Below the pieces are notes generated by a model, which searched no databases, was not told where the DNA came from, and was given only the letters and a program-made list of their open reading frames with translations. A program made the position numbers and the translations under genes. 64,000 nucleotides of DNA from Octopus vulgaris (taxonomy: Eukaryota): the NCBI GenBank assembly GCA_951406725.2, contig OX597814.1, positions 128,154,001 through 128,218,000 on the forward strand. The letters are read 5' to 3'. Below, piece by piece: positions 40,737 through 54,094 of this stretch; within the stretch, counting starts at the first letter, position 1; every line of letters starts with the position of its first letter.

Positions 40737-43700
40737 CATCATCATCATTTAACGTCCGCTTTCCATGCTAGCATGGGTTGGACGGTTCAACTGGGGTCTG
40801 GGGAGCCCGAAGGCTGCACCAGGCCAGTCAGATCTGGCAGTGTTTCTACAGCTGGATGCCCTTCCTAACGCCAACCACTCCGAGAGTGTAGTGGGTGATT
40901 TTATGTGCCACCGACACAGGTGCCAGACGAGGCTGGCGAACGGCCACGCTCGGATGGTGTTTTTATGTGCCACCGACACAGGTGCCAGACAAGGCTAGCA
41001 GACGACCACGCTCGGATGGTGTTTTTTATGTGCCACCGACACAGGAGCCAGATGAGGCTGGCGATCGGCCACGATCGGATGGTGATTGTTACGTGCCCAC
41101 AGCATGGAGGCCAGTCGGTGCGAAACTGGCTACGGCCATGTTCGGATGGTTTTCTCGTGTGCCACCTGTATATTTGTACCACAAAGATACAAATTCCATT
41201 GATGTTCATCTATTTTGATTTTGTTTGATTTTTGATTTTTGATTTGATTTTCACTTGCCTCAACAGGTCTTCACAAGTGTCACAAGAAGGAAGGTATGCA
41301 CAGGTGGACTGACTACGTCCCAGGTAGGGGCCACGATTTCGGGCACGTCTGGGCGGCGGAGCAACGGGCGACCGTGCTAGCCGCAGTTTGCCATCTTTCG
41401 TGTTTTTACGGGACGCACCACTAGTCTTGCCGGGTCTTCTCACGCACAGCATACTTCCATAGGTCTCGGTCTCTAGTCATTTCCTTGGTGAGACCTAAAG
41501 TTCGAAGGTCGTGCTTCACCACTTCGTCCCAGGTTTTCCTGGGTCTACCTCTTCCACAGGTTCCCTCAACTGCTAGGGTGTAGCACTTTTGCACACAACT
41601 ATCTTCAGCCATTCTCGTCACGTGACCATACCAGCGCAGCCGTCTCTCTTGCACACCACAACTGACGCTTCTTAGGTTCAACTTTTCTCTCAAGGTACTT
41701 ACACTCTGACGATTATGAACACTGACATTACACATCCATCGGAGCATACTGGCTTCATTTCTTGCGAGCTTACGCATGTCCTCAGCAGTCACGGCCCATG
41801 TTTCACTGCCATGTAGCATGGCAGTTCGTACACATGCATCATACAGTCTGCCTTTTATTCTGAGCGAGAGGCCTTTTGTCACCAGCAGAGGTAAGAGCTC
41901 TCTAAACTTTGCCCAGGCTATTCTTACTCTAGCAGTTACACTTTCAGCACACCCACCCCTGCTACTGACTTGGTCTCCGAGGTAACGGAAGCTATCAACT
42001 ACTTCTAGTTTGTCTCCCTGGAATGTAGTAGAAGTTGGTCTCTGCACGTTTCCAGAGTTTATTTCTCCTGAGCATCTGCCACATACGAAAACTATCTTCC
42101 CAGTTAGCCTACCTTTGACATTGCTGCACCTCTTATGTGTCCATAGCTTACACTTGGTGCACCTTATAGAGTTTCTACCTACACCTTTTTTACAGATCGA
42201 GCAGGGCCATCTACCTGAAGTCGTTTGTGGTTGGTCCACCTTCCTACTTATTAGGACTTCGGTTTTGGCAAGGTTGATTCTAAGGCCCTTCGATTCTAAT
42301 CCATGTTTCCACACCTGAAACTTCTCCTCCAGTTCTGATAGTGACTCAGCAATTAGAGCAAGGTCATCAGCATAGAGGAGCTCCCAGGGGCATCCTGTCT
42401 TGAATTCTTCCGTTATTGCCTGGAGGACTATGATAAATAGGAGGGGGCTGAGGACTGAACCTTGGTGGACCCCAACCTCTACCTGGAATTCTTCACTGTA
42501 CTCGTTGCCTACCCTCACCTTACTAGCAGCGTCTCTGTACATGGCTCGCACAGCTCTCACTAACCATTCATCTATCCCTAGTTTCCTCATTGACCACCAG
42601 ATAAGGGATCGGGGGACCCTGTCAAAGGCTTTCTCCAAGTCAACAAAAGCCAGGTACAAGGGCTTACCTTTGGCTAGGTATTTCTCCTGCAGCTGTCTTA
42701 CCAGGAATATAGCATCAGTAGTACTTTTCCCTGGCACGAACCCAAACTGCATATCATCTAAGCTAACTCTCTCTCTAATTAATTGGGCTATAACCCTCTC
42801 CGTAACCTTCATTACCTGATCCAACAGCTTGATGCCCCTGTAGTTATTTGTATCTAGGGCGTCACCTTTACCTTTGTAGCAGTTGACTATTATGCTGCTA
42901 CACCAGTCATTGGGTATGACTCCTTCGTGTATCACCTGGTTAACTATACGGGTGACTATGCTATAGCCGACACTACCAGATATTTTGAGCATCTCTGCAG
43001 TAATTCCTGATGGGCCTGGGGCTTTCCCTGTCTTCATGCTTCTAATTGCCTTAGCTACCACGGAACTATCAACTCAGATAGCTGGTCCCTCTGTTGGGTC
43101 AACATTCGGCAGACTCTCTTTATCCCATTCATTTTCCTCATTCAGCAACCTTTCATAGTGGCGTCTCCAAGCCTCTCTCTTTGCATCCTCATTTAGCGCA
43201 AGTGAACCGTCATCCTTGCGAACACATTTCTCTCCTACCACATCACGATTCTCTCTCACACACTGTCTTGCAACACAAAATACCTCAAGTCTTTCATCCT
43301 CACGGCGCAGGACATTGGCAAATTTTCTCTTATCTGCTTCCCCTCTGGCTAGATAGACCTGTCTCCTAGCTTCCCTTCTGGCAGTCTGATACACTTCCCT
43401 GCTACCCCCGTTCTTCCAAGCCTTCCAAGCCTGTTTCTTTTGTCTAATAGCCCAGTCAACAATATTGTTCCACCACCACGTTATTTTGGGTCTTAAAGGG
43501 ACTTTGCACCAGCCACAGATCTGGTCAGTGGCTTTCAGCAGGTTGTCCCTCAGAAGCGTCCAGTTGTCTTCTACCCCATGCATAGCTATACCCCCTTCCA
43601 TTTCGTCAAAGGCTTCAAGTAACATGTCTCTAAATCTCTGTCCATTCGCAGGGTCTTTAAGCTTCCAGACCCTTCTTCTCCATGTTGGTCGTCTTCTAGT

Positions 43701-44399
43701 CGCCCTCTTATTCCTGAACCTAAAGTCACTAACTACCAGTCTATGTTGTGGGGTGCATTCTTCGCCTGGGAAGGTTTTGGCATTTATAAGCAGCCATCTT
43801 TCCCTTTTACTGGCAAGGATGTAGTCGATTTGGCTAGTATGCCGGCCCGATCGGTAGGTGACCAGGTGGCTTGTTGGTTTCCTGAAGTTAGTGTTGCAGA
43901 CTATAAGACTATTCGCATCGCAGAACTCCAGCAGCCTGGTTCCCTCCTCGTTGCGGGAACCATAACCGTAGCCTCCATGTACGCCATGGAAGCCCCCAGC
44001 ATGTCGTCCAACATGCCCATTGAAATCACCAGCCACAAAGAGAAGGTCCCTGTCGTTCGTCAATGAGGTGGTCTGCAGTAGGGTGTCATAGAAACTGTCT
44101 TTCTGTCCATCGGGTAGCCCTGGCTGAGGGGCATAGGCCGATATAATGGTTGCTAATCTATTATGAAGCACTATTCTAATCTTAAGTATTCTGTCACATA
44201 CTCTGATTACCTCAATTACTCTATCTACCTATTTCTCAGCAATAAGTATACCCACACCACCAACCCCGTCAGTGTTCCCTGCCCAGAAAATCTTGTACCT
44301 GTGTTCCTTGCCTATGAGGAACCTAGCAGATCCTCCTCTCCACCTTATTTCTTGCATGCAACATACATCAACACGTCTCCGTTCAAGCATCTCGACTAT
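40737..44399 (-). mobile_element. Near-complete RTE-clade LINE, 5'-truncated within the APE domain
   Basis: APE motifs (MQE, SAYAPQ, GDFNGHVG, SQIDYIL, QHRLV) and RT motifs (QFGF, FVDLEKAFD, GVHQGSVLSP, YADD); 3'UTR with ~60-bp tandem units and an (ATG)n tail. Confidence 0.95.
41421..44399 (-). pseudogene. RTE APE-RT ORF with a Cys/His-rich insert; one reading frame broken by two stops
   Basis: ORFs 44229-44426, 43074-44171 and 41421-43061 share a frame; TAG at 44229-44231 and TGA at 43074-43076. Confidence 0.9.
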
Positions 44400-44717
44400 G
44401 TAACAATAAGTTACATAAATGTTCAACTTGACATTGGTTATTGATTATATGTTATTGGAGACTTTTTTTTTGCAACAATTCAAAAAATTATGATCACAAC
44501 TAAAAGAGAGAATTTACACCTCAGGAATTTCTGCACAGTAAAGTAAAGATTATCAGCACAGTTATAATTGTATAGTCAGAAGTAAGGTGGTCTTGATATA
44601 TTTTGAGATCTGCTTGAGGTTGTATGGTCTAGTATAATATCCACTAGTTTATGTCCAATATTTTGGAGCAAAAACTCTAGTTTGCTCAGGTTAAGGTACA
44701 GAGATGCAGCTCGGAAT

Positions 44718-44768
44718 TTTGTCAGTGAACAGGTTGCGGTCTCAAAGTGATGAAAATATTTTGACAAA
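44718..44768 (+). ncRNA. Second G3-C8 hammerhead-like motif with CpG-decayed stem II
   Basis: Same family as 6698-6748; element spans ~44700-44905. Confidence 0.5.
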
Positions 44769-45959
44769 TTAAATTTAAATGTTGAAGTGAATCTAACAGT
44801 TTTTGTGTGTTTCTTAAATGGCTTATAAACACCTTCCATGCTGCAACTGTTTTCGTTCCAGCACAAGATCTCAGATCAAGTCACTTGCTATGCAAGTACA
44901 TCTCCGTAACACAGATTAATAGTTATTAGGAAATACTTTAATGTTTTCATCCACAACTTAAAACTCTTGTCTCATTGACAAGATTATCCTGCCTATTTGG
45001 ATTCAATGATTGATAATTTTTTTAATTGATTAAAGTAAACTATGTGGAACTTTGTTTTAATTAATTTAAAAGTTACTAATTACTGAATCAAATGTACAGG
45101 ATTGTCACACCAGATGAATTTAGCATTCTGACAAACTCTCCTTACTACTGTAAGATTTTTAAGTCATGGAGAAGAACTACCTTGTTCTTACATATTAGGC
45201 CTAATGCAGTAGTCATTATACAAGATTGTACAAATATTTTAATGCTTTAAAATGGTTAGAAGTTTATGGAAAAACAACCCAATTAAATATATGACAGACA
45301 CCTTTTGTCTATATGATATCAAAAGCTTTATGAATAATAAAAAAAATTTCTTCTGAATTTAATTGTATTAGCTTATAACTAAGAATTTATAGCAATAATG
45401 GCTGAAGAAATATCTTTAATACAAGGAATACATACTGGTTTCAAATTTTGGCACAGAGCAAGTAATTGACCTCAGTGCTCAACAGTACATATGTTGTCAA
45501 TCCCAAAAGGATGAAAGACTAGGTTGACCTTGGCGGAATTTGAATACAGAACATTAAGACAGACAACATGCTGCTAAGCATTTTGCCTAGCATGCTAATG
45601 ATTCTGCCAGCTCACCATTTTATACATGGAATACTTATTAAAACCAGACTGCTAGAGTGCAAATCTTTAACAGTGGATAGTACCATCGAAGAGGATAGAT
45701 CTCAGGAGCAAATTTGACCAGAATCATATAAAATGCTTCTTCCTGGAGTCCTTCTGATGTTAACAAATAGAAAAGAAGTAAATATCAGTTTCTGCTACAG
45801 TAAATCCTAAAACCTGGTGAACATGAGGAGGAACCACAAGAAAATCTAAGGGCCATGACTTTTATTACACATAAGGAGGGCTTATCATAGAAGATATACT
45901 GAATTTTTAATAAACATATATACCAATGTTGAAAAATACTATATACTTTACTTTTTTTA

Positions 45960-46325
45960 CTTTACTTTTTACTTGTTTCAGTCATGTGACTGTGGCCATG
46001 CTGGAGCACCACCTTTAGTTGAGCAAATTGACCCCAGGACTTATTATCGGTCTCTTTTGCTAAACCGCTAAGTTACGGGGATGTAAACACACCAGTATCG
46101 GTTGTCAAGCGATGTTGGGGGGGCAAATGCACACACATACATATATATATTTATATACATACGACAGGCTTCTTTCAGTTTCCGTCTATCAAATCTACTC
46201 AGAAGGCTTTGGTCGGCCCAGGGCTATAGTAGGAGAAACTTGCTCAAGGTGCCACGCAGTGGGGCTGAAACTGGAACCATGAGGTTTGTAAACAAGCTAC
46301 TTACCACACAGCCACTCCTACGCCT
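45960..46325 (-). mobile_element. tRNA-derived SINE family A
   Basis: Reverse-complement match to 22865-23230. Confidence 0.85.
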
Positions 46326-48405
46326 ATAATATATGTTTTATGAATATTTTTTATCATGTATGATATATTATGGAGTGGATAGGTCTACCACGCAGCACAT
46401 CACCACCTTTGTCATTTCATTTGTGAAATTAAACTGCTGTCATAATTACAATCCAGTGCTAATTAGGTCACCAAGATAACAACATTATCTGTTACTTCCA
46501 GTAAGTCAGCAAGTAGTTTATGTACTTTCATTTGCCTCTCCCTCTTTCCTGCTAATTACTTCTGCATATCTAATTAGTGCGTACGAAATCCTTGTTGTTA
46601 GCCTGTTAAAAAGTCCACTGAATTTTTTGTGTATCCTTTGCTTATTACACATTAACTTACAACTAACTCTGTTCTAACATACCTAGCTACACAACTTCCA
46701 CAAAGATTCAGACAGCTGTGTGGGTAAGAATCTCTTTTACCCACATAGCTGTCGGGCAAGGAGATTGTATTTTTGATTCCTAAAAGGACTTGTGTAAGAG
46801 GTTTATTGCCTCAAAATGGCTTTGTATGAAGTTAATGTAAGAGCTTTATTGCCTCCTTAATGTGTTATCATGTAAGAGGTTTGTATCCTCAAAATGTTTT
46901 ATAAAAGAACAATGTGCTCGGGTATACAGCAATCGGCGGGTGTTGCTGTTGCCCTCATTATTATCATATTGTTAATCATTCCATCTCATTATGTCTATGT
47001 CCAGCCCACAGCTTCCTTTCTTTGAAAGGCCCTTGTGGTCAATTAAATGAATGAACAAAAGAAGCTTTCTTCACAACTTCTTAGTTTCGAATTCACTCCT
47101 ATGTGCAGCACTTTAAGAAATATCTTTTACTATGGGTTACTCAAAGATTTCTGAATGAGATTTGGACAGAAAATGTGTGAAAGCCCGTACCAGAAGGAAT
47201 GTTCCAGTTCTTGTCGGGTTGATTTAATCCTATAACATTTAAACTGACCATATCTGGCCAAAATATTCTACCTGCTTCATGCTCAAGCCAGCTAGATCTG
47301 GCCCCTCACATCATCATCTACATTTAACGTCTATTGTCCATATTGGCATGGGTCTATCCTACAATATCATTTTAAAAATAAATAAGCTGTACATGTGGCA
47401 GAGTAATCTGAATGCTAAAGGGTTAAAACCATTAACTGGCCCTTTGGTACCTTTAGCGTTGTAAGCATTTGGACCAGTCTCCAGTTTAGGGATAGTTTTG
47501 TCTTACTGCCCTTACCCCCATAGCTGCTGCCACCACCACCACCACCACTTCTATCATCATTAAGCAGTATTTATATTCCATGCTGGCATGGGTTGAAGGG
47601 TTTAGCAGTATCCAATAAATCAGAGGACTGCATTATTTTCCGATCATCATTATCTTCATCATCATTTAGTGTCAGCTTTCTATGCTGGCATGGGTTGGAC
47701 AGCTTGACTGAAAGTGGTAAGCTGGAGAGGTGCACCAGGTCTCAAACTGATTTGGCATGGTTTCTATGGCTGGATGCCCTTCCTGGTGCCAACCAATCCA
47801 AAATCCAAAAGTATAATGAATGCTTTTTATGTGCCACCAGCACAGGTGCCAGTTACGTGACACCAGCATTGGCCACAACTATAATTTCACTTGTCTTGAT
47901 GAGTCTTCTCAAGCATGGCATAACACCAAAGGCCTTGGTCACTTATCATCTTTGTGAGACCCAATGTCTGCCATAATTAAAAGGAAAAAAAATGTCAATA
48001 ATGGGGGTTTGTGTTCGCTTTTTCTACCTAACATTTTGCATTTTGACATGTTAACGTCTTTTTATTTTTATTAATTTTAATTTTGGAATTCCTTTTAGTG
48101 GTTCTTTGATGTATTCAACTATCATTATAAATACCAATAATGAATGATTAAAAAACCTTACCATTATCGGTTTTAAAAAATCTCCTCCAAACTTGGTTAA
48201 CTTTGTATTGTTTAAAATTTTTATCTTGTATTTTGTTTATTTCAGAAATCAAGTCAAGGAACTGTAGTGGTGCAAGAGATCTATTTTTCAAGAGAAACCT
48301 GCGAAAATCTTCTTTATATAGTTTGCTAAAAACATCCCTAAAGTACCTGAAAGTAACAATAGCAAGATGTTAGCACTGTTATTCTTATCCATTACAATGG
48401 CAATA

Positions 48406-48959
48406 CCAGGGTTAGCTAAAAAGTTCATAGGCTAACTATGAAGGAGTTATGCTAGAGACAGGAAATTTTGCATGCATAAATTTCAACCCTTTAACTGTAT
48501 TATTTCTTTCCAGGTAAACTGACATCTGACCGTTCAAAGAAAACTTCAAAAGTAACTGGGAGCATCTTCTTTTGAAAAGTGACAAAATTTGGTGTTTTGG
48601 TATTATCATGTACCTCCAGAAAAAGGGTTTAGTCCCCAAGAACATTCATGCTGAAATGGTTGCTACATTAGGGGACGATGCTTCAGCTTTATCAACAGTG
48701 CAAAAGTGGGCAGCTGAATTTAGGAGGCGAAGGGAGGGTCTTGAAGATGACCCGTGGTCTGGATGTCCTGCAACTGCCACCAATGAGGAATATATTAGTC
48801 ATGTCCACCACATGGATGGCAGGCAATTGATTATAAATCGCATAGCTAATGCTGTGAAAGAGTTGAGAAAATTCTGCACAACGAACTTGGCATGATGAAG
48901 ATTTCTGTTCAGCAGTGAGAGTATCTTGGTCAGCCTATGAACTTTTCAGCCAACCCTTG
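48406..48959 (+). mobile_element. Internally deleted mariner element
   Basis: ~28-bp TIRs flanked by TA; N-terminal HTH (STVQKWAAEFRR...LEDDPWSGCP). Confidence 0.88.
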
Positions 48960-49096
48960 TATTTGAGCTTTTAACTGATTCTAACTGTCATGAAATGAAT
49001 GACGGTAACATCGAAAGCAATATATATATAGAATGTAATTCTTTCATTAGTCTTCATATAGGTTCAAAATAAATCTACAGAAAGAAAAACACTTAC

Positions 49097-49134
49097 GTTG
49101 GGGGTACAGTTGGTCTTCCTCTTCTCACTGACAT
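49097..49134 (-). CDS. RGS-like gene, first coding exon (MSVRRGRPTVPP; exon 49097-49210 includes 5'UTR)
   Basis: Acceptor tttattgcag, in-frame TGA just upstream of the ATG, strong donor AC|gtaagt; phase 2 matches the next exon. Confidence 0.55.
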
Positions 49135-49702
49135 ATCTTGTCATGTTCTTTGTTTTATTACAAGACAGTAAAAATTAATGGAAAACCAGTTCCATTTTGA
49201 GTTAAATTCACTGCAATAAATTATTAAATAAAAATGCCTTTAATCTCAGGTATGTTATTGTATGTTGGTGAATAAATCATTATTTGGCAAAGAAATTTCT
49301 CATGATAGAAGAAAATAGTTGCACATTATAATACACGTCATCACCATCATCACTACCACCCTCATTATTTAATGTCTATTACTTTCTATGCAGGTATGGG
49401 TTCGATGGTTTGACAGGATCCAGCAAGCTGCAGGACCGCATTGAGCTCCAATGTTACCTTTGGTATGATTTTTACTAACACACAACTTAAAATAATGGGT
49501 TTCAATGGGACTGAAATAACATTAAGCAGAAATTGGTGGAAGTTTAGGAAAATACAGTTGAAACTAACAGTAAAAGGATTGTTAATCAAACTTAACAATG
49601 AAAGTAATTAAGTCTTAACACAATTAGCTGACACACATATGACTCATTGCTTCTTCACCTATTGTACAGACACAAACATTAGTAATGTGTAGTTTCATAA
49701 TA

Positions 49703-50170
49703 TTGGGTTGTCTGGAAAGTTCATGCCGATTTATAGTAGCTTACCTTTCGACTTATTTTAGAACATGGTTGAGTCCATAAAATAGGATTTGACTACACCT
49801 CCATTTAGAGCACAGTTTAAGCTATCTTTTCCTGGAAGAAGGTTTATGTTCCTATAACCTGTGTTAATTCTGTAACTCTTTAAAATGGAAGATAAGAAAG
49901 TTCAATGTTGCCACTTGATGCTTTGGGAACCAGACAAAAATTGCTGCAGCTAGGCAAGGATGTGTTACCCCACCCTCCATATTCACTAGGTATTGCGCCT
50001 TCGGATTTCCACTTCTTCAGAATAGTCTTAATGGTAAAAAAAAAAGGAAAGATGGAGAGGCATTGTGCAACAAAATGGTTCATATTTGGTTGATTACAAA
50101 TGTAATGGCAAGTATTTATTGACCGTTTTCTTTCCTTTAAAAATCGGCACGAACTTTCTGGACAACCCAA
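49703..50170 (+). mobile_element. Internally deleted mariner element
   Basis: TIRs ttgggttgtctggaaagttcatgccgattt / aaatcggcacgaactttctggacaacccaa, TA TSD, HPPYSLGIAPSDFHFF. Confidence 0.9.
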
Positions 50171-50288
50171 TAAAATCTTAATACACACTTAAAAATGGCA
50201 CACTTTGCTTGAGTGGTCAATATGGAATTTCAGTGATGATTACTTTCATAGATGTGCACACACTTTGCAAAGACAGAAAATTTGTACG

Positions 50289-51394
50289 TGTAGCAATATC
50301 GTCTCTCATTGCTATCTACACTGTTTGAGAAGAGTATTAAGAATAACCTCGGTCGAGATTACAAACATCTTCGGCTAGTTCAACATTGTTGTAAACACTA
50401 ATTCGATTGGCTGACACGTTGGTCTCTACTACGTTCGCACCGCTGGTTATCACTTGGCGCGATTTGCCTCCGTTTATTTTCGCGCCATAGTTCCAAGCAG
50501 CCAATCACAGCTTTCCATTTCTGAAGTTCATTGGAAGCCATGTAAACCTTATAAAATAAGGTTTCTCAGACAAATATCCGTCTTAGGCTTTTAGTTCTTT
50601 TAAGAGCTAAGTCTCTGACCACACAGAGCATACTCGACCAAGTTCCAGTTCGAAAGGCAGGCGACCACCATTAATACAAGATGTTACAGATACCTCTTAT
50701 ACTGTTAGTGTGAAATATCACCATGAAGAACGGTTACAGGATATCTATAACTAGAGAAAAATAACCAAGCAGAACATATGATGAAGACGCAGCGAAAACC
50801 AAGCGCCAAACATCGAAGATTTAATTTGTACACAAGACGACTACAGATTCAGCTATAGCGGTTAGGTGAAATTCTCGCCACGGAAAAAACGGCTACAGTA
50901 ACATATCTGGAAGTATGTTCATATCAAGAGAAAGATAAAAACAACGAGTGATTCAATTAATCTCAACTGCGATACGCAATATCTTGATATGGAACTCTTA
51001 CGCTGTACCTCATAAACGGTAAATCAATTATCTGTTCTTGGGTTCTAGTTTCTTCTAAGAACTACCTTAAGCCATCTGTTATTACCTGTTGCCAGGCCGA
51101 TACCAACAACATGAACTGTGAATCAAATTCCATCGTCATTTCACTGGTCAGTACCTTTTTACGCCTAACGAACACACAGACACAAAAACATGCTAACACT
51201 TACAAACTTCCAACATCAAGCATGATTGTAAAATAAATAATGTATATATCTTAAAAAGAAATCTTGTTGTCATTCCAAACTTATGTGTATTGCCGCTGCA
51301 TGTATTATATAGTCAGTAAATAAATTATTAAGAATGGGATCGCGTGCGACTGTCTCTTATACGGTACGACCAAGCGTGATCCTATTTTTATACA
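50289..51394 (+). mobile_element. CpG-rich ~1.1-kb insertion, candidate solo LTR
   Basis: TGTA...TACA ends, CCAAT 50501, TATAAAA 50550, AATAAA 51232. Confidence 0.45.
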
Positions 51395-52342
51395 CGTATT
51401 AAATGTTAAAAGCCCACCTCTTTCACTTCTTTTCCCAAATATAAATAACAGAAATTGCTGCTCTCCACCCACATTATCTCCCCTCATACCCTATGCTTGT
51501 ACCCTGCCCACACACAGCTGGCTCCTGCAGACTACCCGACTATGTTAGCTCTTTTGTCCTCCCCACGTCACATTTATCATCATTACTATCCTGGTATTCA
51601 CTCACCCTGCTCTATCTTTCTCAACCTATGGTCCATTGATCATCCACCTTCAACCCTACCCAATTTTCACAGTTGCAATCTACTGCCCTTGCCCACCCAG
51701 CCCTACAATCTTGCAAATCACCCACATCTACTCACGTTGTGCTTTGAGGGAGCACCTAGGAACCTCATCACTACCATCTGTCTCTTTGAAGCTCCTACGG
51801 ATCATTTCTCTTTTATTTTTCTCTTCCCTACTAAATGTAAGTAGCCATGCAGATCCTCTACAAGAAACTGCTCCGACAACCATCCCCTTCTCTCATACTT
51901 AATCCCTTGTCCTCTTGCACAAAGCTGAGCCCCCCACCTCCCCTAGTGTTCATTGTCCTGCAAGTTGCATGGTGACTTCAAGAGTGCTGGTAGAATGGAA
52001 AAAGCACCCAGTAAAATGACTAGCATTAGGAAGAGCATCCAACTGCAGAACCTTTGCCAAAGCAGACACTGGAGCTTGATGCAGTCCTTAGACTCAACAG
52101 ATCCTTCCAATCAGTTCAACCTTTGTCAGCAAGGAACATGGACATCAAATGATGATGTCAACCCATGCTAACATGGAAATGATGACGACAACAATGCTGA
52201 TGATATATAGATTATTATGGTGTGTGTGTGGAGGGTTTATTTAAGTACTTAATGGAATTGAAGCTGGTCACTAAAAAGACTTTTTGAGTTAAGACAGTCT
52301 GCAGGGTTTGTAAATATTTGATTTAGTGTGTGCACATAAGTA

Positions 52343-53059
52343 CAGGGTGGTCCAAAAGTCTTGTTACCCACTAGATATTGTTTATTATTGTCATTATTAC
52401 CATTATTTTTTGTTTTAGCACAACCCTCCACTCACATGTAAGGATTTGGGCCACCATATTGAGTAAGCACCTGATAGGACCCTGTTTCTTCGAGGGCACT
52501 GTTAACTGGCAATCTCACTTGGCCATGTTAAGGGAGTGGTTTGTTCCACAGCTCCAGACGTTGAATGTTGACTTGAATGATTGTTGCTTCCAACAAGATG
52601 GTGTTCCACCCCACTATGCTAACACTGTCTGGGAATACCTAAATGAAGTTTTTCAGGGCAGATGGATAGGGCGAGGATCTCAACAACATCCAGCACCTGT
52701 CAGTTGGCCTCCCAGAAGTCCAGACTTCATGTCTCATGATAACGCTCTGTGGAGGTATTATCAAGGAAAGAGTTTCACATGAATGATACCAGAATACACA
52801 TCAGTTAAAGGACGCTGTTTGGAGAGCATTTGCAACAATCACCAAAGCACAGCTTCGAAAAATATCACACAGGACATAGCACCACATCATTCTGTGCTAC
52901 AAAAATGATGGTGTTCATACAGGCCTTCTCGATGTGTGACAGCATCAATGAAAGTGAATGAACTAAATGCAGTTCGCGCTTTGGATTACTGCATTACTTG
53001 ATCTTCTATTGTTTTCATTATTTTTTGGTAGGGGGTAACAAGACTTTCAGACCACTCTG
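52343..53059 (+). mobile_element. Internally deleted DD41D/rosa-like Tc1/mariner element
   Basis: TIRs cagggtggtccaaaagtcttgttaccc / gggtaacaagactttcagaccactctg, TA TSD; FQQDGVPPH...WPPRSPD. Confidence 0.88.
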
Positions 53060-53289
53060 TACATGCCTGCACTTATATTCTGTAAGTACATGTTTTTAGT
53101 ATTTAGGTGTTTGTGTGTGTATTACATTTTACATATGTGTCTTTGTGAATGCACAGAACCAAGTGTGTGCATATATTTGTAGTGGATCTTGCAGTGTTAA
53201 TTTAAATTTGGCTATGGTGGATCGAATCTACTTCATGCTTGCAAGATCCATTACATTTTCATTTAAAGAATCTTTTAAAGAATCTTTAA

Positions 53290-53900
53290 AGGATCAGAAT
53301 CGAAATCGATCAATGGAAATTGCAGCTGAGTTACTAGTGCCGGTGGCACGTAAGAGAACCATCCGTTCGTGACCGTTGCCAGCGCCGCCCCGACTGGCCT
53401 CATGCCAGTGGCACGTAAAAAGCACCATCCGTTTGTGTCCGTTGCCAGCTTCGCCTGGTCCCCGTGCCGGTGGCATGTAAAAGCACCATCCGCTCGTGTC
53501 CGTTGCCAGCCTTGCCTGGCCCCCGTGCCAGTGGCATGTAAAAGCACCATCCGCTCGTGTCCGTTGCCAGCCTTGCCTGGCCCCCGTGCCGGTGACACGT
53601 AAAAGCACCATCCGTTCATGTCCATTGCCAGCCTCGCCCGGCCCCCATGCTGGTGGCACGTAAAAGCACCATCCGTTCGTGGCCGTTTGCCAGCTCCGTC
53701 TGGCACCTGTGCGGGTGGCACGTAAAAAGCACCCACTACACTCACGGAGTGGTTGGCGTTAGGAAGGGCATCCAGCCGTAGAAACACTGCCAGATCAGAC
53801 TGGGCCTGATGCAGCCTTCTGGCTTCACAGACCCCAGTTGAACCGTCCAACCCATGCTAGCATGGAAAGCGGACGCTAAATGGTGATGATGATGATGATG
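53290..53900 (+). mobile_element. RTE 3'UTR fragment with an expanded ~60-bp tandem array
   Basis: About six units of aaaagcaccatccgttcgtgtccgttgccagcc...gtgccggtggcacgt, then the terminal motif and tail. Confidence 0.9.
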
Positions 53901-54094
53901 ATTTATGGAGAAGGGGCATCCTATGAGACGACCTAGATGAGATGATTTAAGGAGAATCTTTGGAATGTCTTACAAATTTTCAGTGCTACTAACAGAATGG
54001 TTTTTGTGCCAATCCCTTAGCTACATAACCCTGTGCACCATTGATGATAAATACAAATGAGAGTTTATAGCTTGGGTTCAAGAGCTGTAAGTTC

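Noticed and set aside
41776-44066. Plus-strand ORFs overlapping the RTE
   Set aside because: Antisense shadows of the RTE coding frame
48246-48342. Plus-strand acceptor-like sites suggesting an antisense gene (also 12992 and 33679)
   Set aside because: No phase-consistent exon chain or recognisable protein
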